Shown piece by piece: positions 19,444-29,674 of a stretch of 40,833 nucleotides of DNA. Origin of the DNA: an uncultured Burkholderiaceae bacterium. Lineage in GTDB: Bacteria; Pseudomonadota; Gammaproteobacteria; Burkholderiales; Burkholderiaceae_C. The stretch lies in the NCBI GenBank assembly GCA_964622735.1, contig CAZUUN010000001.1:1-40833 (forward strand), read 5' to 3'. Position 1 is the first letter of the stretch. Each line of letters opens with the position of its first letter. The position numbers were made by a program, and so were the translations under genes. Below the pieces are notes generated by a model that was not told where the DNA came from, did no database searches, and saw only the letters and a program-made list of their open reading frames with translations.

Positions 19444-20760
19444 TTATTTGCGGCTGGCCAATGGCGGCACATCGCGGCGCTGTGAGCCCACAAACAATTG
19501 GCGCGGACGGCCGATTTTGTATTCAGGGTCGCTGATCATCTCGTTCAATTGTGCAATCCAACCCACGGTGCGCGCGAGTGTGAAGATGCCGGTGAACAGA
19601 TTGACGGGAATGCCGATGGCGCGCTGCACGATGCCTGAGTAGAAGTCGACATTGGGGTAGAGCTTGCGGCTGACAAAGTAATCGTCTTCCAGCGCAATTT
19701 TCTCCAAAGCCATAGCCAGTTTGAACAAAGGATCATCTTCCAGACCTAGCTCTTTCAAGACCTCTTTGCAAGTCTCTTGCATCAACTTGGCACGCGGGTC
19801 GTAGTTTTTGTAAACGCGGTGACCAAAACCCATGAGCTTGACGCCCGAGTTTTTGTCTTTGACTTTCTCCATGAACTCGCCCACTTTGGCCAAGCCGCCG
19901 TTGCGTTGGATGTCTTCGAGCATGTTCAGGCACGCTTCGTTGGCGCCGCCATGTGAAGGGCCCCACAAGCAAGCCACGCCCGCCGCAATCGCGGCGAAGG
20001 GGTTGGTTCCTGACGAGCCGCACAGGCGCACGGTGGAGGTCGACGCGTTTTGTTCGTGGTCAGCGTGCAAGATGAAAATGCGGTCCAGCGCTTTTTCAAT
20101 CACCGGATTGACGGTATAAGGCTCGCACGGCGTGGCAAACATCATGCGCAAAAAGTTGCCCGAATAGCTCAGGTCATTTTGCGGATAGATAAAGGGCTGG
20201 CCCACGCCGTACTTGTAAGTCATGGCGACCAAGGTCGGCATTTTGGCAATCAAGCGAATCGCCGAAATATGGCGGTGCTCGGGGTTTTGGATGTCGGTGC
20301 TGTCGTGGTAGAAGGCCGACAAAGCGCCGACCAAACCCGTCAGGATCGCCATTGGATGCGCATCACGGCGGAAGCCACGCAAGAAAAACTGCATTTGCTC
20401 GTTCACCATGGTGTGGTTCGCCACCAATTTGTGGAAGCCATTGCGCTGCGTTTCATTCGGCAATTCGCCGTGAATCAACAGATAACAGGTGTCGAGGTAA
20501 TCGCAACCACCCGCGGCCAACTGCTCAATCGGGTAGCCGCGGTAGAGCAACTCGCCCTTGTCGCCGTCGATGTAAGTGATCGCTGACTGGCAAGAAGCCG
20601 TAGACATAAAGCCGGGATCATAAGTAAACATGCCCGTTTGCGCATACAACTTGCGGATGTCCAGCACCTCAGGGCCGATATTGCCTTGGTAGATTGGAAT
20701 TTCAACGCTGGGTTTGCCATCGCTGAAATTGAGGGTGGCTTTTTGGTCTGAAAGTTTCAT
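19444..20760 (-). CDS. gltA: citrate synthase (type II)
   Basis: 438 aa. [14 protein letters not shown] motif and catalytic His/Asp context. Confidence 0.97.
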   Translation of the reverse strand: MKLSDQKATLNFSDGKPSVEIPIYQGNIGPEVLDIRKLYAQTGMFTYDPGFMSTASCQSAITYIDGDKGELLYRGYPIEQLAAGGCDYLDTCYLLIHGELPNETQRNGFHKLVANHTMVNEQMQFFLRGFRRDAHPMAILTGLVGALSAFYHDSTDIQNPEHRHISAIRLIAKMPTLVAMTYKYGVGQPFIYPQNDLSYSGNFLRMMFATPCEPYTVNPVIEKALDRIFILHADHEQNASTSTVRLCGSSGTNPFAAIAAGVACLWGPSHGGANEACLNMLEDIQRNGGLAKVGEFMEKVKDKNSGVKLMGFGHRVYKNYDPRAKLMQETCKEVLKELGLEDDPLFKLAMALEKIALEDDYFVSRKLYPNVDFYSGIVQRAIGIPVNLFTGIFTLARTVGWIAQLNEMISDPEYKIGRPRQLFVGSQRRDVPPLASRK

Positions 20761-20806
20761 GACTGGTTTTTCCGTAAGTAAAAGTTCAGTGAATGCGTAA
20801 CTGGCT

Positions 20807-21118
20807 TCATTGTAAGTTTGAAGCAGCGCGTTTTAACAAGGACAGGACTTTTTGCGTTGCCGGATCGTCCAATTCTGGCGCAATTTGCGCCAATTGCTGA
20901 CGCCCCAAATGCAAATCCAACAGGTCTCTGTCGCCCAAATCCATCAGAGCCAACAGCGCGATGGCGTCGCCTTGGGTCAGCTGTGTTGCGTAGCGGGCAA
21001 AAAAACGGGCGATGAAAATATCGTTTTCCAGCAAACCGCGACGGCAACGCCAACGGATGCGATTGATATCGGCTTCAGTCAGCAGCACATCGTGCGCAGG
21101 ATGGGGGGCAGCTTGCAT
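20807..21118 (-). CDS. sdhE: FAD assembly factor SdhE (DUF339)
   Basis: 103 aa. [16 protein letters not shown] contains the SdhE RGxxE motif. Lies between the sdh genes and gltA. Confidence 0.8.
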   Translation of the reverse strand: MQAAPHPAHDVLLTEADINRIRWRCRRGLLENDIFIARFFARYATQLTQGDAIALLALMDLGDRDLLDLHLGRQQLAQIAPELDDPATQKVLSLLKRAASNLQ

Positions 21119-21220
21119 GCCTTTGATTTTAAGACAATTCGTAAAAGCTGCCGGGCACGCCGGGCGCTAAAGCCCCGCAGCGCTGTTTGAATCGGGGCGC
21201 GATTGTTTTACATCAAGCTT

Positions 21221-22675
21221 TTAAGGCTCAAAGCGCAAATGGCCGTCAGCTATGGGTGCGCGTAGCAGGCCTTGCGCGTCGACAAAGTACTTTTGCGTCA
21301 AGCGCCACGGCCAGCGCCCGCCTTGCTGCGGAAACTCGTGCAAATGGCGCAGCACATAATTTGATTGCAAATCTAAAAAGGCACATTCAGGCTCAGCCGC
21401 ATCGCGCACCGCCACGGCACTGCGCGCACCGGTTTGCTGCATATATTGCAGCAGGCGACAGGCGTATTGCGCCACCAAATCGGATTTGAGCGTCCACGCC
21501 GCATGGCTATAACCAATCGTGAAAAACAAATTGGGCAGCCCCGTGAGCATGGCGCCCTTGTAAGTCATGGTTTGATTCAAAGCCACGGCCTTGCCATCGA
21601 CTGCTAATTGCACGCCGCCCAAAGGCAGTAGTTGCAAACCCGTCGCCATCACCACCACATCGGCTTGCAGCTCTTGGCCTGATTCGAGTTTGATGCCGCT
21701 TGGCGTGAAGTTAGCAATCGCCTCTGTGACCACGCTCGCCTTGCCAGCGCGTATGGCCTGAAACAAATCGCCATCGGGCGCAACACAAAGCCGTTGCTGC
21801 CACGGCTGGTATTGGGGATTAAAGTGCCGCTGGGTATACGGCCCCTCGCCCAAGACGCGGCGCACCTCGCGCCCCAGCAAGCGCCGCGTGAGCTGCGGCC
21901 AGCGCATGGCCAAGCTGTACAAGGCTTGGTTGAAATAGATGTTTTTACGCCGCACGATGGCGTAAGCGCGCGCGGGCGAGAACAGGGCACGCATGCGCTG
22001 GGCAAAGGCATCCACACGCGGCAAAGACCCCACAAAAGTCGGACTGCGCTGCACCATGGTGACATGGGCTGCCGTTTGCGCCAAATGCGGCACCAGCGTC
22101 ACAGCTGTTGCGCCGCTGCCTATCACCACCACGCGCTTGCCAGCATAGTCCAACCCCTCGGGCCAATGCTGCGCATGCACCAGCGTGCCACGGTAATCAG
22201 CCAGCCCTTTGAAGGCTGGCTGATGCCCTTGATCGTAGCGAAAGTAGCCCGCGCACAGATGCAAAAAATTGCAGCTCATGCGCTGCAGCGTTTGCTCGGG
22301 GCCGACAGCCAGCTCGACATGCCAACGCGCTTGGCCACTGTCCCAATTTGCACGCAGCAGCTTGTGTCCAAAGCGGATGTGCGGCAGCAAGCCGTAGTCG
22401 CGCGCGGTCTCTTGTATGTAATCGCGGATGCGCCCGCCCTCGGCAATCGATTGCTCATCTAACCAAGGTTTGAAGGCATAGCCCAAGGTGTACATGTCCG
22501 AGTCTGAGCGTATGCCGGGGTAGCGAAACAAATCCCAAGTGCCACCGATGGCGCCGCGTGCTTCTAAGATGGCAAAGCGGCGCTCGGGGCAGTTCTGCTG
22601 CAAATGCACCGCAGCGCCTATGCCCGACAAGCCAGCGCCGATGATGAGCATGTCCCAGTGTTCCAGCGCGTCCAT
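21221..22675 (-). CDS. flavin-dependent monooxygenase, type I Baeyer-Villiger (EthA-like) class
   Basis: 484 aa. FAD Rossmann motif IIGAGLSGIGAA. BVMO fingerprint YRGTLVHAQHWP (FxGxxxHxxxWP with Y for F). Second dinucleotide motif VIGSGATAV. Confidence 0.85.
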   Translation of the reverse strand: MDALEHWDMLIIGAGLSGIGAAVHLQQNCPERRFAILEARGAIGGTWDLFRYPGIRSDSDMYTLGYAFKPWLDEQSIAEGGRIRDYIQETARDYGLLPHIRFGHKLLRANWDSGQARWHVELAVGPEQTLQRMSCNFLHLCAGYFRYDQGHQPAFKGLADYRGTLVHAQHWPEGLDYAGKRVVVIGSGATAVTLVPHLAQTAAHVTMVQRSPTFVGSLPRVDAFAQRMRALFSPARAYAIVRRKNIYFNQALYSLAMRWPQLTRRLLGREVRRVLGEGPYTQRHFNPQYQPWQQRLCVAPDGDLFQAIRAGKASVVTEAIANFTPSGIKLESGQELQADVVVMATGLQLLPLGGVQLAVDGKAVALNQTMTYKGAMLTGLPNLFFTIGYSHAAWTLKSDLVAQYACRLLQYMQQTGARSAVAVRDAAEPECAFLDLQSNYVLRHLHEFPQQGGRWPWRLTQKYFVDAQGLLRAPIADGHLRFEP

Positions 22676-22750
22676 TTACCCTGCCTCACTCCATCTTTGC
22701 ACCTTGCACTTAGCTTTTGGCTTCATACAAGAATTTTTCATGCCAATATT

Positions 22751-22796
22751 GGCAAAAACAGCCGTCAAACCTGCCTGAGCAGCTACTAATTTAGTA
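22751..22796 (+). repeat. dispersed intergenic repeat, copy E
   Basis: Core 22761..22785, GCCGTCAAACCTGCCTGAGCAGCTA, identical to the copy I core. Lies between the sdhB terminator and the BVMO gene start. Confidence 0.9.
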
Positions 22797-22816
22797 ATAA
22801 AAATGACAGTCTATCT

Positions 22817-22848
22817 ACAAAAGCAAAAACCCCGACACGCGGGGTTTT
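22817..22848 (-). terminator. rho-independent terminator after sdhB
   Basis: The minus strand reads AAAACCCCG-cgtgt-CGGGGTTTT followed by TGCTTTTGT. Confidence 0.7.
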
Positions 22849-22872
22849 GCAAAAGTAGAAAGTGCCGCAGTT

Positions 22873-23577
22873 TTAGACCGCGCGGCGCACCAGCATTTCT
22901 TTGATTTTGCCGATGGCCTTGGTGGGGTTCAGACCTTTGGGGCAGACATCGACGCAGTTCATGATGCTGTGGCAGCGGAACAGGCGGTAGGGGTCTTCCA
23001 AATTGTCTAAACGCTCGCCCGTGGCTTGGTCGCGGCTGTCGGCCAAGAAGCGGTAGGCTTGCAAAAGACCAGCGGGGCCGACGAATTTGTCTGGGTTCCA
23101 CCAGAAAGACGGGCAAGCAGTCGAGCAGCTGGCGCACAAGATGCACTCGTACAAGCCGTTCAACTCTTCGCGCTCCTCAGGCGATTGCAGGCGCTCTTTT
23201 TCAGGCAAAGGCGTGTTGTTGATGAGGTAAGGCTTGATGCTGTTGTACTGCGCAAAGAATTGCGTCATGTCAACGAACAAGTCGCGCACTACTGGCAAGC
23301 CAGGCAGCGGCTTCAAGACGATAGGGTCTTTCAAGTCGCGCATATTGGTCAGGCAAGCCAAACCGTTTTTGCCGTTGATGTTCATGGCGTCAGAGCCACA
23401 AACGCCCTCGCGGCACGAGCGGCGGAAAGACAGCGTTGGGTCTTGCGCTTTGATTTTCAAGAGCGCGTCTAGCAACATGCGCTCGTGCCCGTCCAGCTCA
23501 ACCTCTATGGTTTGCATATAGGGCTTAGCATCTTTATCAGGATCGTAGCGGTAGATTTGGAAAGTTCTTTTAGCCAT
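22873..23577 (-). CDS. sdhB: succinate dehydrogenase iron-sulfur subunit
   Basis: 234 aa. CREGVCGSDAMNING and CILCASCSTAC / CHSIMNCVDVCP cluster motifs. Confidence 0.97.
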   Translation of the reverse strand: MAKRTFQIYRYDPDKDAKPYMQTIEVELDGHERMLLDALLKIKAQDPTLSFRRSCREGVCGSDAMNINGKNGLACLTNMRDLKDPIVLKPLPGLPVVRDLFVDMTQFFAQYNSIKPYLINNTPLPEKERLQSPEEREELNGLYECILCASCSTACPSFWWNPDKFVGPAGLLQAYRFLADSRDQATGERLDNLEDPYRLFRCHSIMNCVDVCPKGLNPTKAIGKIKEMLVRRAV

Positions 23578-23602
23578 GATGGGTTCTCGCTAAGGGTGGA
23601 AA

Positions 23603-25396
23603 TTAAAACGTGCGGACTTGTGGCTCGACAGCCGCAATCGCTTTAGTCTTCATATTGACGGGTTTGTAGCTCAAGCTATTGCTCGCGCTCTCCCACAGCG
23701 TGTGCTTGAGCCAGTTCACATCGTCGCGGCCCAAAGGCGCGGTCGGGTGCGTGGCAGGGTGCTCGTAATCGTCCACCATGTGCGCGCCGCGGCACTCGGT
23801 GCGCGCAGCAGCTGAGACCATGGTCGATTGCGCCGCTTCGATCAAGTTCTCCACTTCCAGCGCTTCGACGCGGGCGGTGTTGAATACCAGCGACTTGTCT
23901 TTGAGGTGGATGTTTTTCACACGCTCGCGCAATGCGGCAACAGCTTTCACGCCCTCGTCCATCATCGCTTGGGTGCGGAACACGCCTGCGTGCTGCTGCA
24001 TCGCCGTGCGCAAATCGTTCGCCACATCTTGCGAGTATTCGCCGCTGCTGCTTTGCTCTAAACGGTTCACACGCGCGAGCGTGTAGTCGGCCGCGTTCGC
24101 TGGCAGCGGTTTGTGCGCCGTCGTGCTTTGGCTGAAGCTGACGATGTGATCGCCCGCTGATTTACCAAAGACCAACAAGTCGAGCAGCGAGTTCGTGCCC
24201 AAGCGGTTCGCGCCGTGGACCGAGACGCAAGCGCATTCGCCCACTGCGTACAAGCCATTGACGACTTGGCTGTTTTTGTCCAGCACCTGACCACGGATGG
24301 TGGTGGGAATGCCGCCCATTTGGTAGTGGATCGTCGGCACGACCGGGATCGGCTCTTTGGTGATGTCCACATTGGCAAAATTCATGCCAATTTCGTAAAC
24401 GGAAGGCAGGCGTTGATGAATTTTGTCAGCGCCCAGATAGGCAAAGTTGAGCAAGATGTAATCTTTGTTCGGGCCACAGCCGCGGCCTTCTTTGATCTCT
24501 TGGTCCATGCAGCGCGAAACAAAGTCGCGTGGCGCCAAGTCTTTGTACTCGGGTGCATAGCGCTCCATAAAGCGTTCGCCTTCGCTGTTGACGAGGTAAG
24601 CGCCTTCACCGCGGCAACCCTCAGTCAGCAACACGCCCGCACCAGCTACGCCTGTGGGGTGGAATTGCCAGAACTCCATGTCTTGCAGAGGAATGCCCGC
24701 GCGTGCGGCCATGCCCAAACCGTCGCCAGTGTTGATAAAGGCGTTAGTAGAAGCGGCAAAAATGCGGCCTGCGCCACCGGTTGCCAGCAAGACGGTTTTG
24801 GCGTGCAGGGTGTAAACCTCGCCCGTTTCCATCTCGAGCGCTGTCACGCCGACGCAATCGCCGTCGGCGTCGCGGATCAAATCCAGCGCCATCCACTCGA
24901 CAAAGAACTGGGTTTTAGCCGCTACGTTTTGTTGGTAGAGCGTGTGCAACATGGCGTGGCCCGTGCGGTCGGCTGCCGCGCAAGCGCGCTCAACCAGTTT
25001 GCGTTTGCCACCGCCCGCGTCTACGGTGTGGCCGCCAAATGGGCGTTGGTAAATGGTGCCGTCAGGATTGCGGTCAAAAGGCATGCCGAAGTGTTCCAGC
25101 TCATAAACCACGCGCGGCGCTTGCTCGCACATGAATTCAATCGCGTCTTGGTCGCCCAGCCAGTCTGAGCCTTTGACGGTGTCATAAAAATGGTCAGCCC
25201 AGCTGTCGGGGTTCATATTGCCCAAAGAAGCAGAAACACCACCCTGCGCGGCCACGGTGTGCGAGCGCGTGGGGAATACTTTAGACAGCACCGCTACATT
25301 GAGGCCCGCACGCGCGAGCTGCAAAGACGCGCGCATACCTGAGCCGCCCGCGCCGACGATGACAACGTCAAATTTTCTGTTTATCACTTTAGTCAT
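23603..25396 (-). CDS. sdhA: succinate dehydrogenase flavoprotein subunit
   Basis: 597 aa. [23 protein letters not shown] (FAD-binding His), HGANRLG. Confidence 0.97.
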   Translation of the reverse strand: MTKVINRKFDVVIVGAGGSGMRASLQLARAGLNVAVLSKVFPTRSHTVAAQGGVSASLGNMNPDSWADHFYDTVKGSDWLGDQDAIEFMCEQAPRVVYELEHFGMPFDRNPDGTIYQRPFGGHTVDAGGGKRKLVERACAAADRTGHAMLHTLYQQNVAAKTQFFVEWMALDLIRDADGDCVGVTALEMETGEVYTLHAKTVLLATGGAGRIFAASTNAFINTGDGLGMAARAGIPLQDMEFWQFHPTGVAGAGVLLTEGCRGEGAYLVNSEGERFMERYAPEYKDLAPRDFVSRCMDQEIKEGRGCGPNKDYILLNFAYLGADKIHQRLPSVYEIGMNFANVDITKEPIPVVPTIHYQMGGIPTTIRGQVLDKNSQVVNGLYAVGECACVSVHGANRLGTNSLLDLLVFGKSAGDHIVSFSQSTTAHKPLPANAADYTLARVNRLEQSSSGEYSQDVANDLRTAMQQHAGVFRTQAMMDEGVKAVAALRERVKNIHLKDKSLVFNTARVEALEVENLIEAAQSTMVSAAARTECRGAHMVDDYEHPATHPTAPLGRDDVNWLKHTLWESASNSLSYKPVNMKTKAIAAVEPQVRTF

Positions 25397-25399
25397 TTT

Positions 25400-25819
25400 T
25401 TAAATACTCCAGAGCACTTGCAAGATCCAGCCCGCGCAGCCCGCGAGGTAAACCAAAGTCGCAATTTGCAGACTCAGACGCAAACCGTCGGCTTTGACGT
25501 AATCCATCAACACATTGCGCACGCCCACCCAAACGTGGTAGATCAAGGCTACAGCCACGGCAAAAGTCAAAAACTTGACCCAACCCGGTGCGAACACGCC
25601 CGCCCATTTGTCGTAACCGCTAACCACCAGTGCTTGGCCTTCAGCATTGAGGACGCGCTCGCCCATTTCATCCAAAACATAACGCGGCCAAGCCCAGCGG
25701 CCCAGCACGATAAAAGTGTAGACCGTCATCAAGATGGCGGTCACGCGTTGTGCCAACCAGTCCCGTGTGCCGTAATGCGCGCCAACAACGAGGCGCTTGC
25801 TTCCGTAATTCACTGCCAT
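25400..25819 (-). CDS. sdhD: succinate dehydrogenase hydrophobic membrane anchor subunit
   Basis: 139 aa, 3 TM. Sits between sdhC and sdhA. GTRDWLAQRVTAILM is typical of SdhD. Confidence 0.85.
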   Translation of the reverse strand: MAVNYGSKRLVVGAHYGTRDWLAQRVTAILMTVYTFIVLGRWAWPRYVLDEMGERVLNAEGQALVVSGYDKWAGVFAPGWVKFLTFAVAVALIYHVWVGVRNVLMDYVKADGLRLSLQIATLVYLAGCAGWILQVLWSI

Positions 25820-25842
25820 TTTTTATTCTCCTTATGCGCGGT

Positions 25843-26334
25843 TTAAATCAGGCCAAACAGCGACACAGCAAAGCAGAGCGTCGCGAGCAAACTGATGGCA
25901 AAAGTCGCGTAAGCAGACAGGCGTCCAAAAGTTTTGTCCAGGCGGTGCGAAATGTCGGTATAGACATGGCGCAGACCCGCGAACAAGTGGTGCATATAAG
26001 CCCAAAACAGCACGACGAGGATGACTTTCAAGGGCGTGAAGTGGGCGAGCGTCCACATCAGCCAAGGGGCCAAAGGTTTTTCGGCCGTAGCGTAGGGGTA
26101 CCACTCCAGAATCGCTTGGAAGTTGCCAAAAGCGATTTCAGACACCAGCGATTGCTCAAACAGCCACACCAGCAAAGGCAGGGCCAAGAACAGCAGCATG
26201 CCGCTGACGCGGTGAAAAATCGAGACCAGCGCAGCCGGGGGCATGCGGTAAGTGCGCACATCTTTGAAAACATTGATGTTGCGAAACTCGGGCTTGGCGG
26301 CGCGGCGCGCCTTGAGATCGGAGCTTTCAGTCAT
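25843..26334 (-). CDS. sdhC: succinate dehydrogenase cytochrome b556 subunit
   Basis: 163 aa, 3 TM. SIFHRVSGMLLF contains the heme-ligand His context. First gene of the sdh cluster. Confidence 0.85.
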   Translation of the reverse strand: MTESSDLKARRAAKPEFRNINVFKDVRTYRMPPAALVSIFHRVSGMLLFLALPLLVWLFEQSLVSEIAFGNFQAILEWYPYATAEKPLAPWLMWTLAHFTPLKVILVVLFWAYMHHLFAGLRHVYTDISHRLDKTFGRLSAYATFAISLLATLCFAVSLFGLI

Positions 26335-26526
26335 GGAGTCTTCCGTTTGGGGTTGATAGGTTTCTTATTTTTATTGCGCTTAGGCCAAGGCCAGCCTAGG
26401 CAACAAGAGCTTCATTTTATGCCATGCCAAGGCAAGGGCTTATCAGCCGAATAGACGCGGGTGCTAGGCGCCAACTTGCGCGCTTAATCACAGCGTTGCG
26501 CCTGAAGCCATCCACCTTAGCCCAAA

Positions 26527-26593
26527 CACTACTTATTCGATAGCTGCTTAGGCAGGTTTGATAGGCGTTATAGGCATATTTCATGCTTAAAAT
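26527..26593 (-). repeat. dispersed intergenic repeat, copy F (long form)
   Basis: Core at 26541..26566; its reverse complement is GCCTATCAAACCTGCCTAAGCAGCTA. It has an extra GCCTATAAC unit, as in copy H. Lies upstream of sdhC and downstream of the rhodanese gene. Confidence 0.88.
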
Positions 26594-26611
26594 GGCATTG
26601 ATAGCCTGTTT

Positions 26612-27028
26612 TTAGCTCTTCTCGACCGGGTAATTGGCGGCTTTCCACGCCGCCGTGCCGCCTTCTAAGCTGTAAGCCTTGTCGTAGCCTAGCTTTTTGG
26701 CGATGTTTTGCGCTTTGGCCGAACGCGCACCGCGCGAGCAAACCAAAATCACGGGCAGGCTTTTGTTTTTCACCACGGTGGGCAAGCGGCTTTCGAGCTC
26801 AGCCAGGGGAATATGCTTGGCGCTGCCGATGTGTTCAGCCGCGTACTCGCTGGCGTCACAAACATCGATGATTTGCGCTTTCTCGCGGTTGATCAGATTC
26901 ACCGCACCCGCCGGGCTGATGGGTGCTTCGCCAGCGGCGGCGCGCTTTTGCAAAGCCGGCACAAACAAGAGCGCGCCAGCGCCCAGTGCCATTAAGAAGA
27001 GATACCAGTTGTCGAGCAAAAATTTCAT
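26612..27028 (-). CDS. membrane-anchored rhodanese-domain sulfurtransferase
   Basis: ATG at 27028 (MKFLLDNWYLFLMALGAGALLF). Active-site loop CSRGARS. Divergent from gpmA. Confidence 0.8.
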   Translation of the reverse strand: MKFLLDNWYLFLMALGAGALLFVPALQKRAAAGEAPISPAGAVNLINREKAQIIDVCDASEYAAEHIGSAKHIPLAELESRLPTVVKNKSLPVILVCSRGARSAKAQNIAKKLGYDKAYSLEGGTAAWKAANYPVEKS

Positions 27029-27032
27029 GGGC

Positions 27033-27061
27033 TTAAAGGGCAGCAGACTGCTTTGTACAAT
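27033..27061 (+). promoter_or_regulatory. candidate sigma-70 promoter for gpmA
   Basis: TTAAAG (27033..27038), a 17-nt spacer, then TACAAT (27056..27061). Sequence match only. Confidence 0.3.
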
Positions 27062-27148
27062 GAGAGCCTCGAATTGTAAGTGCAAGCCTTCTTTCGCGCC
27101 CTCACAGCGCCCTCACCACCTCTTTACCCACTCTTCGGAAATTGCAGC

Positions 27149-27853
27149 ATGTATAAACTGGTACTCATACGCCACGGCGAATCACAATGGAATTTGGACA
27201 ACCGCTTTACCGGTTGGCACGATGTCGATTTGACCGAGACGGGCGTCAATCAGGCCAAAAAGGCCGGTCAAATTTTGAAATCACATGGTTTTGATTTTGA
27301 TTTGGCCTATACCAGCGTGCTCAAACGCGCCACGCGCACGCTGTGGCACACACTGGACGAAATGGACCGCACTTGGTTGCCTGTGGTGCACACTTGGCGC
27401 TTGAACGAGCGCCACTACGGTGGCTTGCAAGGCTTGAACAAAGCCGACACAGCGGCCAAATACGGCGACGAGCAAGTCTTGGTTTGGCGCCGCAGCTACA
27501 CCACACCGCCGCCAGCGCTAGAGCATGGCGACGAACGCTGGGAAGGTGGCGATGTGCGCTACGCCAAATTGCAGCCGAGCGAAATTCCGCGCACCGAATG
27601 CTTGAAAGACACGGTCGCACGCGTGTTGCCCGTGTGGAATGACTCGATCGCACCCGCCATCAAAGCGGGCAAACGCATCGTCATTGCCGCCCACGGCAAC
27701 TCGATACGCGCGCTGGTCAAACACCTCGACAACATCTCTGACGACGACATCGTTGGCGTCAACATTCCGAACGGCGTGCCGCTGGTTTACGAGTTGGATG
27801 CGAATCTCAAACCCATCAAGCACTACTATTTGGACAGCGCAGCGGCAGCTTAA
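27149..27853 (+). CDS. gpmA: 2,3-bisphosphoglycerate-dependent phosphoglycerate mutase
   Basis: ATG at 27149 gives [15 protein letters not shown] (RHGE catalytic motif). RLNERHYG present. Confidence 0.95.
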   Translation: MYKLVLIRHGESQWNLDNRFTGWHDVDLTETGVNQAKKAGQILKSHGFDFDLAYTSVLKRATRTLWHTLDEMDRTWLPVVHTWRLNERHYGGLQGLNKADTAAKYGDEQVLVWRRSYTTPPPALEHGDERWEGGDVRYAKLQPSEIPRTECLKDTVARVLPVWNDSIAPAIKAGKRIVIAAHGNSIRALVKHLDNISDDDIVGVNIPNGVPLVYELDANLKPIKHYYLDSAAAA

Positions 27854-27872
27854 ACCCCCAAGCCTCAGCGCC

Positions 27873-29465
27873 TTACTTCAAGCCTAGGCGCTGGGCCAAT
27901 TTGTGCAGATTGCTCGCGTCTAAATCCAAGGCGCGCGCGGCAGCGGCCCAGTTGTGGCCACTTTGCTCCAGCGCTGCGGCTATGGACAAGCGCTGCGCAT
28001 TTTCTACCGCCGCTCGCATATTCAAGCCCGCTTCGGCGATGAGCGGCGCAGGCAAACCCGCGGCGCTGCGCATCGGCGCAATCGGCGGCAAGAGTGGCGT
28101 GGCTGCGCGCAATACCGGCGCATCGCTGCTCTGCTCCAAGTCCAGCAGCTCCACCGGCAGTGTGACGATGTCGGTAGTTTGCGCGCCCCGACTCAAAGCC
28201 TTGAGCGCAGCGCGACTGATCACATGCTCTAACTCGCGCACATTGCCCGGCCAGGCATATTGCAACAGTGCCGCTTGCGCTTCGGGCGCAAGGCGCAAAC
28301 TGCGCAGCCCCAAACGGCTGCGGTTCAATTCTAAAAAACGCCCCGCCAACAGCAACACATCGGCACCGCGCTCGCGCAGCGCCGGAATGTGCACGGGGTA
28401 AACCGACAAGCGATGGTACAAATCAGCCCGAAAAGCGCCGTCGCGCACGCGCTCGTGCAGCGGCCGGTTGGTGGCCGCAATCAAACGCACATTGACCTTG
28501 CGACTGCTGTCGCTGCCCAAGCGCTGAATTTCGCCATTCTGCAATACGCGCAAGAGCTTGGCCTGTATCGCCAGCGGCAACTCGCCCACTTCGTCTAAAA
28601 ATAAGGTACCGCCGTGGGCGCTCTCAAAACGCCCAGCGCGATCGGCCACCGCGCCCGAAAAAGCGCCGCGCACATGGCCAAAAAATTCACTCTCCGCCAA
28701 AGACTCGGGCAGCGCGGCGCAGTTGATTTGCACAAACACCTTGTCAGCGCGGCGCGAATGCTGCTGCAAATAGCGCGCAAACAGCTCTTTGCCCACCCCG
28801 GTTTCACCCAAAAACAAAACCGGCAAATCAGACTGCGCCACCACCAACAACTCTTTCAGCAGGTTTTGCATCACCGGACTTTGGCCGACGATTTCGGTGT
28901 CAAGCACTGGCGGCTCCTTGCCCAGCACGCGACGGGCTAAATGACCGCGCTGCAAACTCAGGCGCAAGCGTTGGTTCTCTTGCTCTAAATGGCCCATGCG
29001 TATCGCCGCTTCCAGCACCGGCCGTAAAGGCTCTAGCGCTTGGCGCGCCTGGCTGATAAAGGCGTCCGCTGCTAGCGTATCCAGCGTGAGCACACCCCAG
29101 ACGCGGCTCTCGATGTGCAAGCGCAAACCCATGCACTCGTGCACCGGCAGCGGCTCGCCTGCCTGCTCTTCTATCAAACCATCGTAAGGGTCGGGCAAAT
29201 GGCTGTCAGCATCAAACACCGTCAATTCGCGTCGCGCCAAAATGGCACTCAAGCGCGGATGCTGGCTGACGGTAAAGCGCCGCCCAAAGACCTCTTGCAC
29301 CAAACCATCGGCCGCCACCGGGTGCAGGGTGTCACCCTCTAGCCGCAACAAAGCCACCGCACCCGCATTGAAGTGCTGGCGCAAGCTGACCACCAAACGC
29401 TGCAAACGCACGGCCTGCGGCAAGTCGGCAATCAAGTCATTGAGTAAAAAGAGTTCCAGCTGCAT
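27873..29465 (-). CDS. norR: sigma-54-dependent NO-responsive transcriptional activator NorR (GAF-AAA+-HTH)
   Basis: N-terminal GAF domain. Walker A GETGVGKE. Sigma-54 contact loop GAFSGA. C-terminal HTH (NWAAAARALDLDASNLHKLAQRLGL). ATG at 29465 preferred over the TTG at 29474. Divergent from norA-norB. Confidence 0.9.
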   Translation of the reverse strand: MQLELFLLNDLIADLPQAVRLQRLVVSLRQHFNAGAVALLRLEGDTLHPVAADGLVQEVFGRRFTVSQHPRLSAILARRELTVFDADSHLPDPYDGLIEEQAGEPLPVHECMGLRLHIESRVWGVLTLDTLAADAFISQARQALEPLRPVLEAAIRMGHLEQENQRLRLSLQRGHLARRVLGKEPPVLDTEIVGQSPVMQNLLKELLVVAQSDLPVLFLGETGVGKELFARYLQQHSRRADKVFVQINCAALPESLAESEFFGHVRGAFSGAVADRAGRFESAHGGTLFLDEVGELPLAIQAKLLRVLQNGEIQRLGSDSSRKVNVRLIAATNRPLHERVRDGAFRADLYHRLSVYPVHIPALRERGADVLLLAGRFLELNRSRLGLRSLRLAPEAQAALLQYAWPGNVRELEHVISRAALKALSRGAQTTDIVTLPVELLDLEQSSDAPVLRAATPLLPPIAPMRSAAGLPAPLIAEAGLNMRAAVENAQRLSIAAALEQSGHNWAAAARALDLDASNLHKLAQRLGLK

Positions 29466-29490
29466 AAATAGCAAATATCAGTATGAAAAA

Positions 29491-29537
29491 GCCGTTTTAA
29501 GCCGTCAAAACTGCCTGAGCAGCTCATTAAAAAATAG
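29491..29537 (+). repeat. dispersed intergenic repeat, copy G
   Basis: Core 29501..29525, GCCGTCAAAACTGCCTGAGCAGCTC. Lies inside the divergent norR/norA control region, 36 bp from the norR ATG and 25 bp from NorR box 1. Confidence 0.9.
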
Positions 29538-29549
29538 CAAAGTGTCAAT

Positions 29550-29606
29550 GGTTCATTTAACCAATGATGGTTAATTTAACCAATGAATATATTGGTCAAA
29601 TATACC
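29550..29606. promoter_or_regulatory. three NorR enhancer boxes (GGT-N7-ACC)
   Basis: GGTtcatttaACC at 29550..29562, GGTtaatttaACC at 29569..29581 and GGTcaaatatACC at 29594..29606. These match the GT-N7-AC / GGT-N7-ACC NorR box described for E. coli and R. eutropha. They lie upstream of the -24/-12 promoter. Confidence 0.75.
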
Positions 29607-29627
29607 ATTGCTGATGACGGCCTTGGG

Positions 29628-29640
29628 TAAACAATTGATA
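29628..29640 (-). promoter_or_regulatory. IHF-like site between the NorR boxes and the sigma-54 promoter
   Basis: The minus strand reads TATCAAttgtTTA, which fits WATCAANNNNTTR. Its position between enhancer and promoter is typical of sigma-54 systems. Confidence 0.45.
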
Positions 29641-29658
29641 TACAAGCCGCAAATTAAA

Positions 29659-29674
29659 TGGCATAGTAATTGCT
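29659..29674 (+). promoter_or_regulatory. sigma-54 (-24/-12) promoter of norA(ytfE)-norB
   Basis: TGGCATagtaaTTGCT: GG at 29660..29661 and GC at 29672..29673 with the canonical 10-nt gap, about 37 nt upstream of the ytfE ATG. Confidence 0.8.

Noticed and set aside
27866-27893. An 8-bp hairpin (CAGCGCCT...AGGCGCTG) between the convergent gpmA and norR genes, considered as a bidirectional terminator.
   Set aside because: There is no U-tract on either strand, and the 3' arm lies inside the norR coding sequence. The evidence is too weak to call.
29466-29474. The TTG at 29474 as the norR start (ORF-track start). The same question applies to the upstream-extended starts of rplU (17205), gpmA (27080), ctpA (32758), the rhodanese gene (27085), Dabb (35228) and yajC (1478).
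   Set aside because: In each case an internal ATG gives the canonical family N-terminus (for example [34 protein letters not shown] with a signal anchor). The extensions add non-conserved residues. These starts remain unverified.
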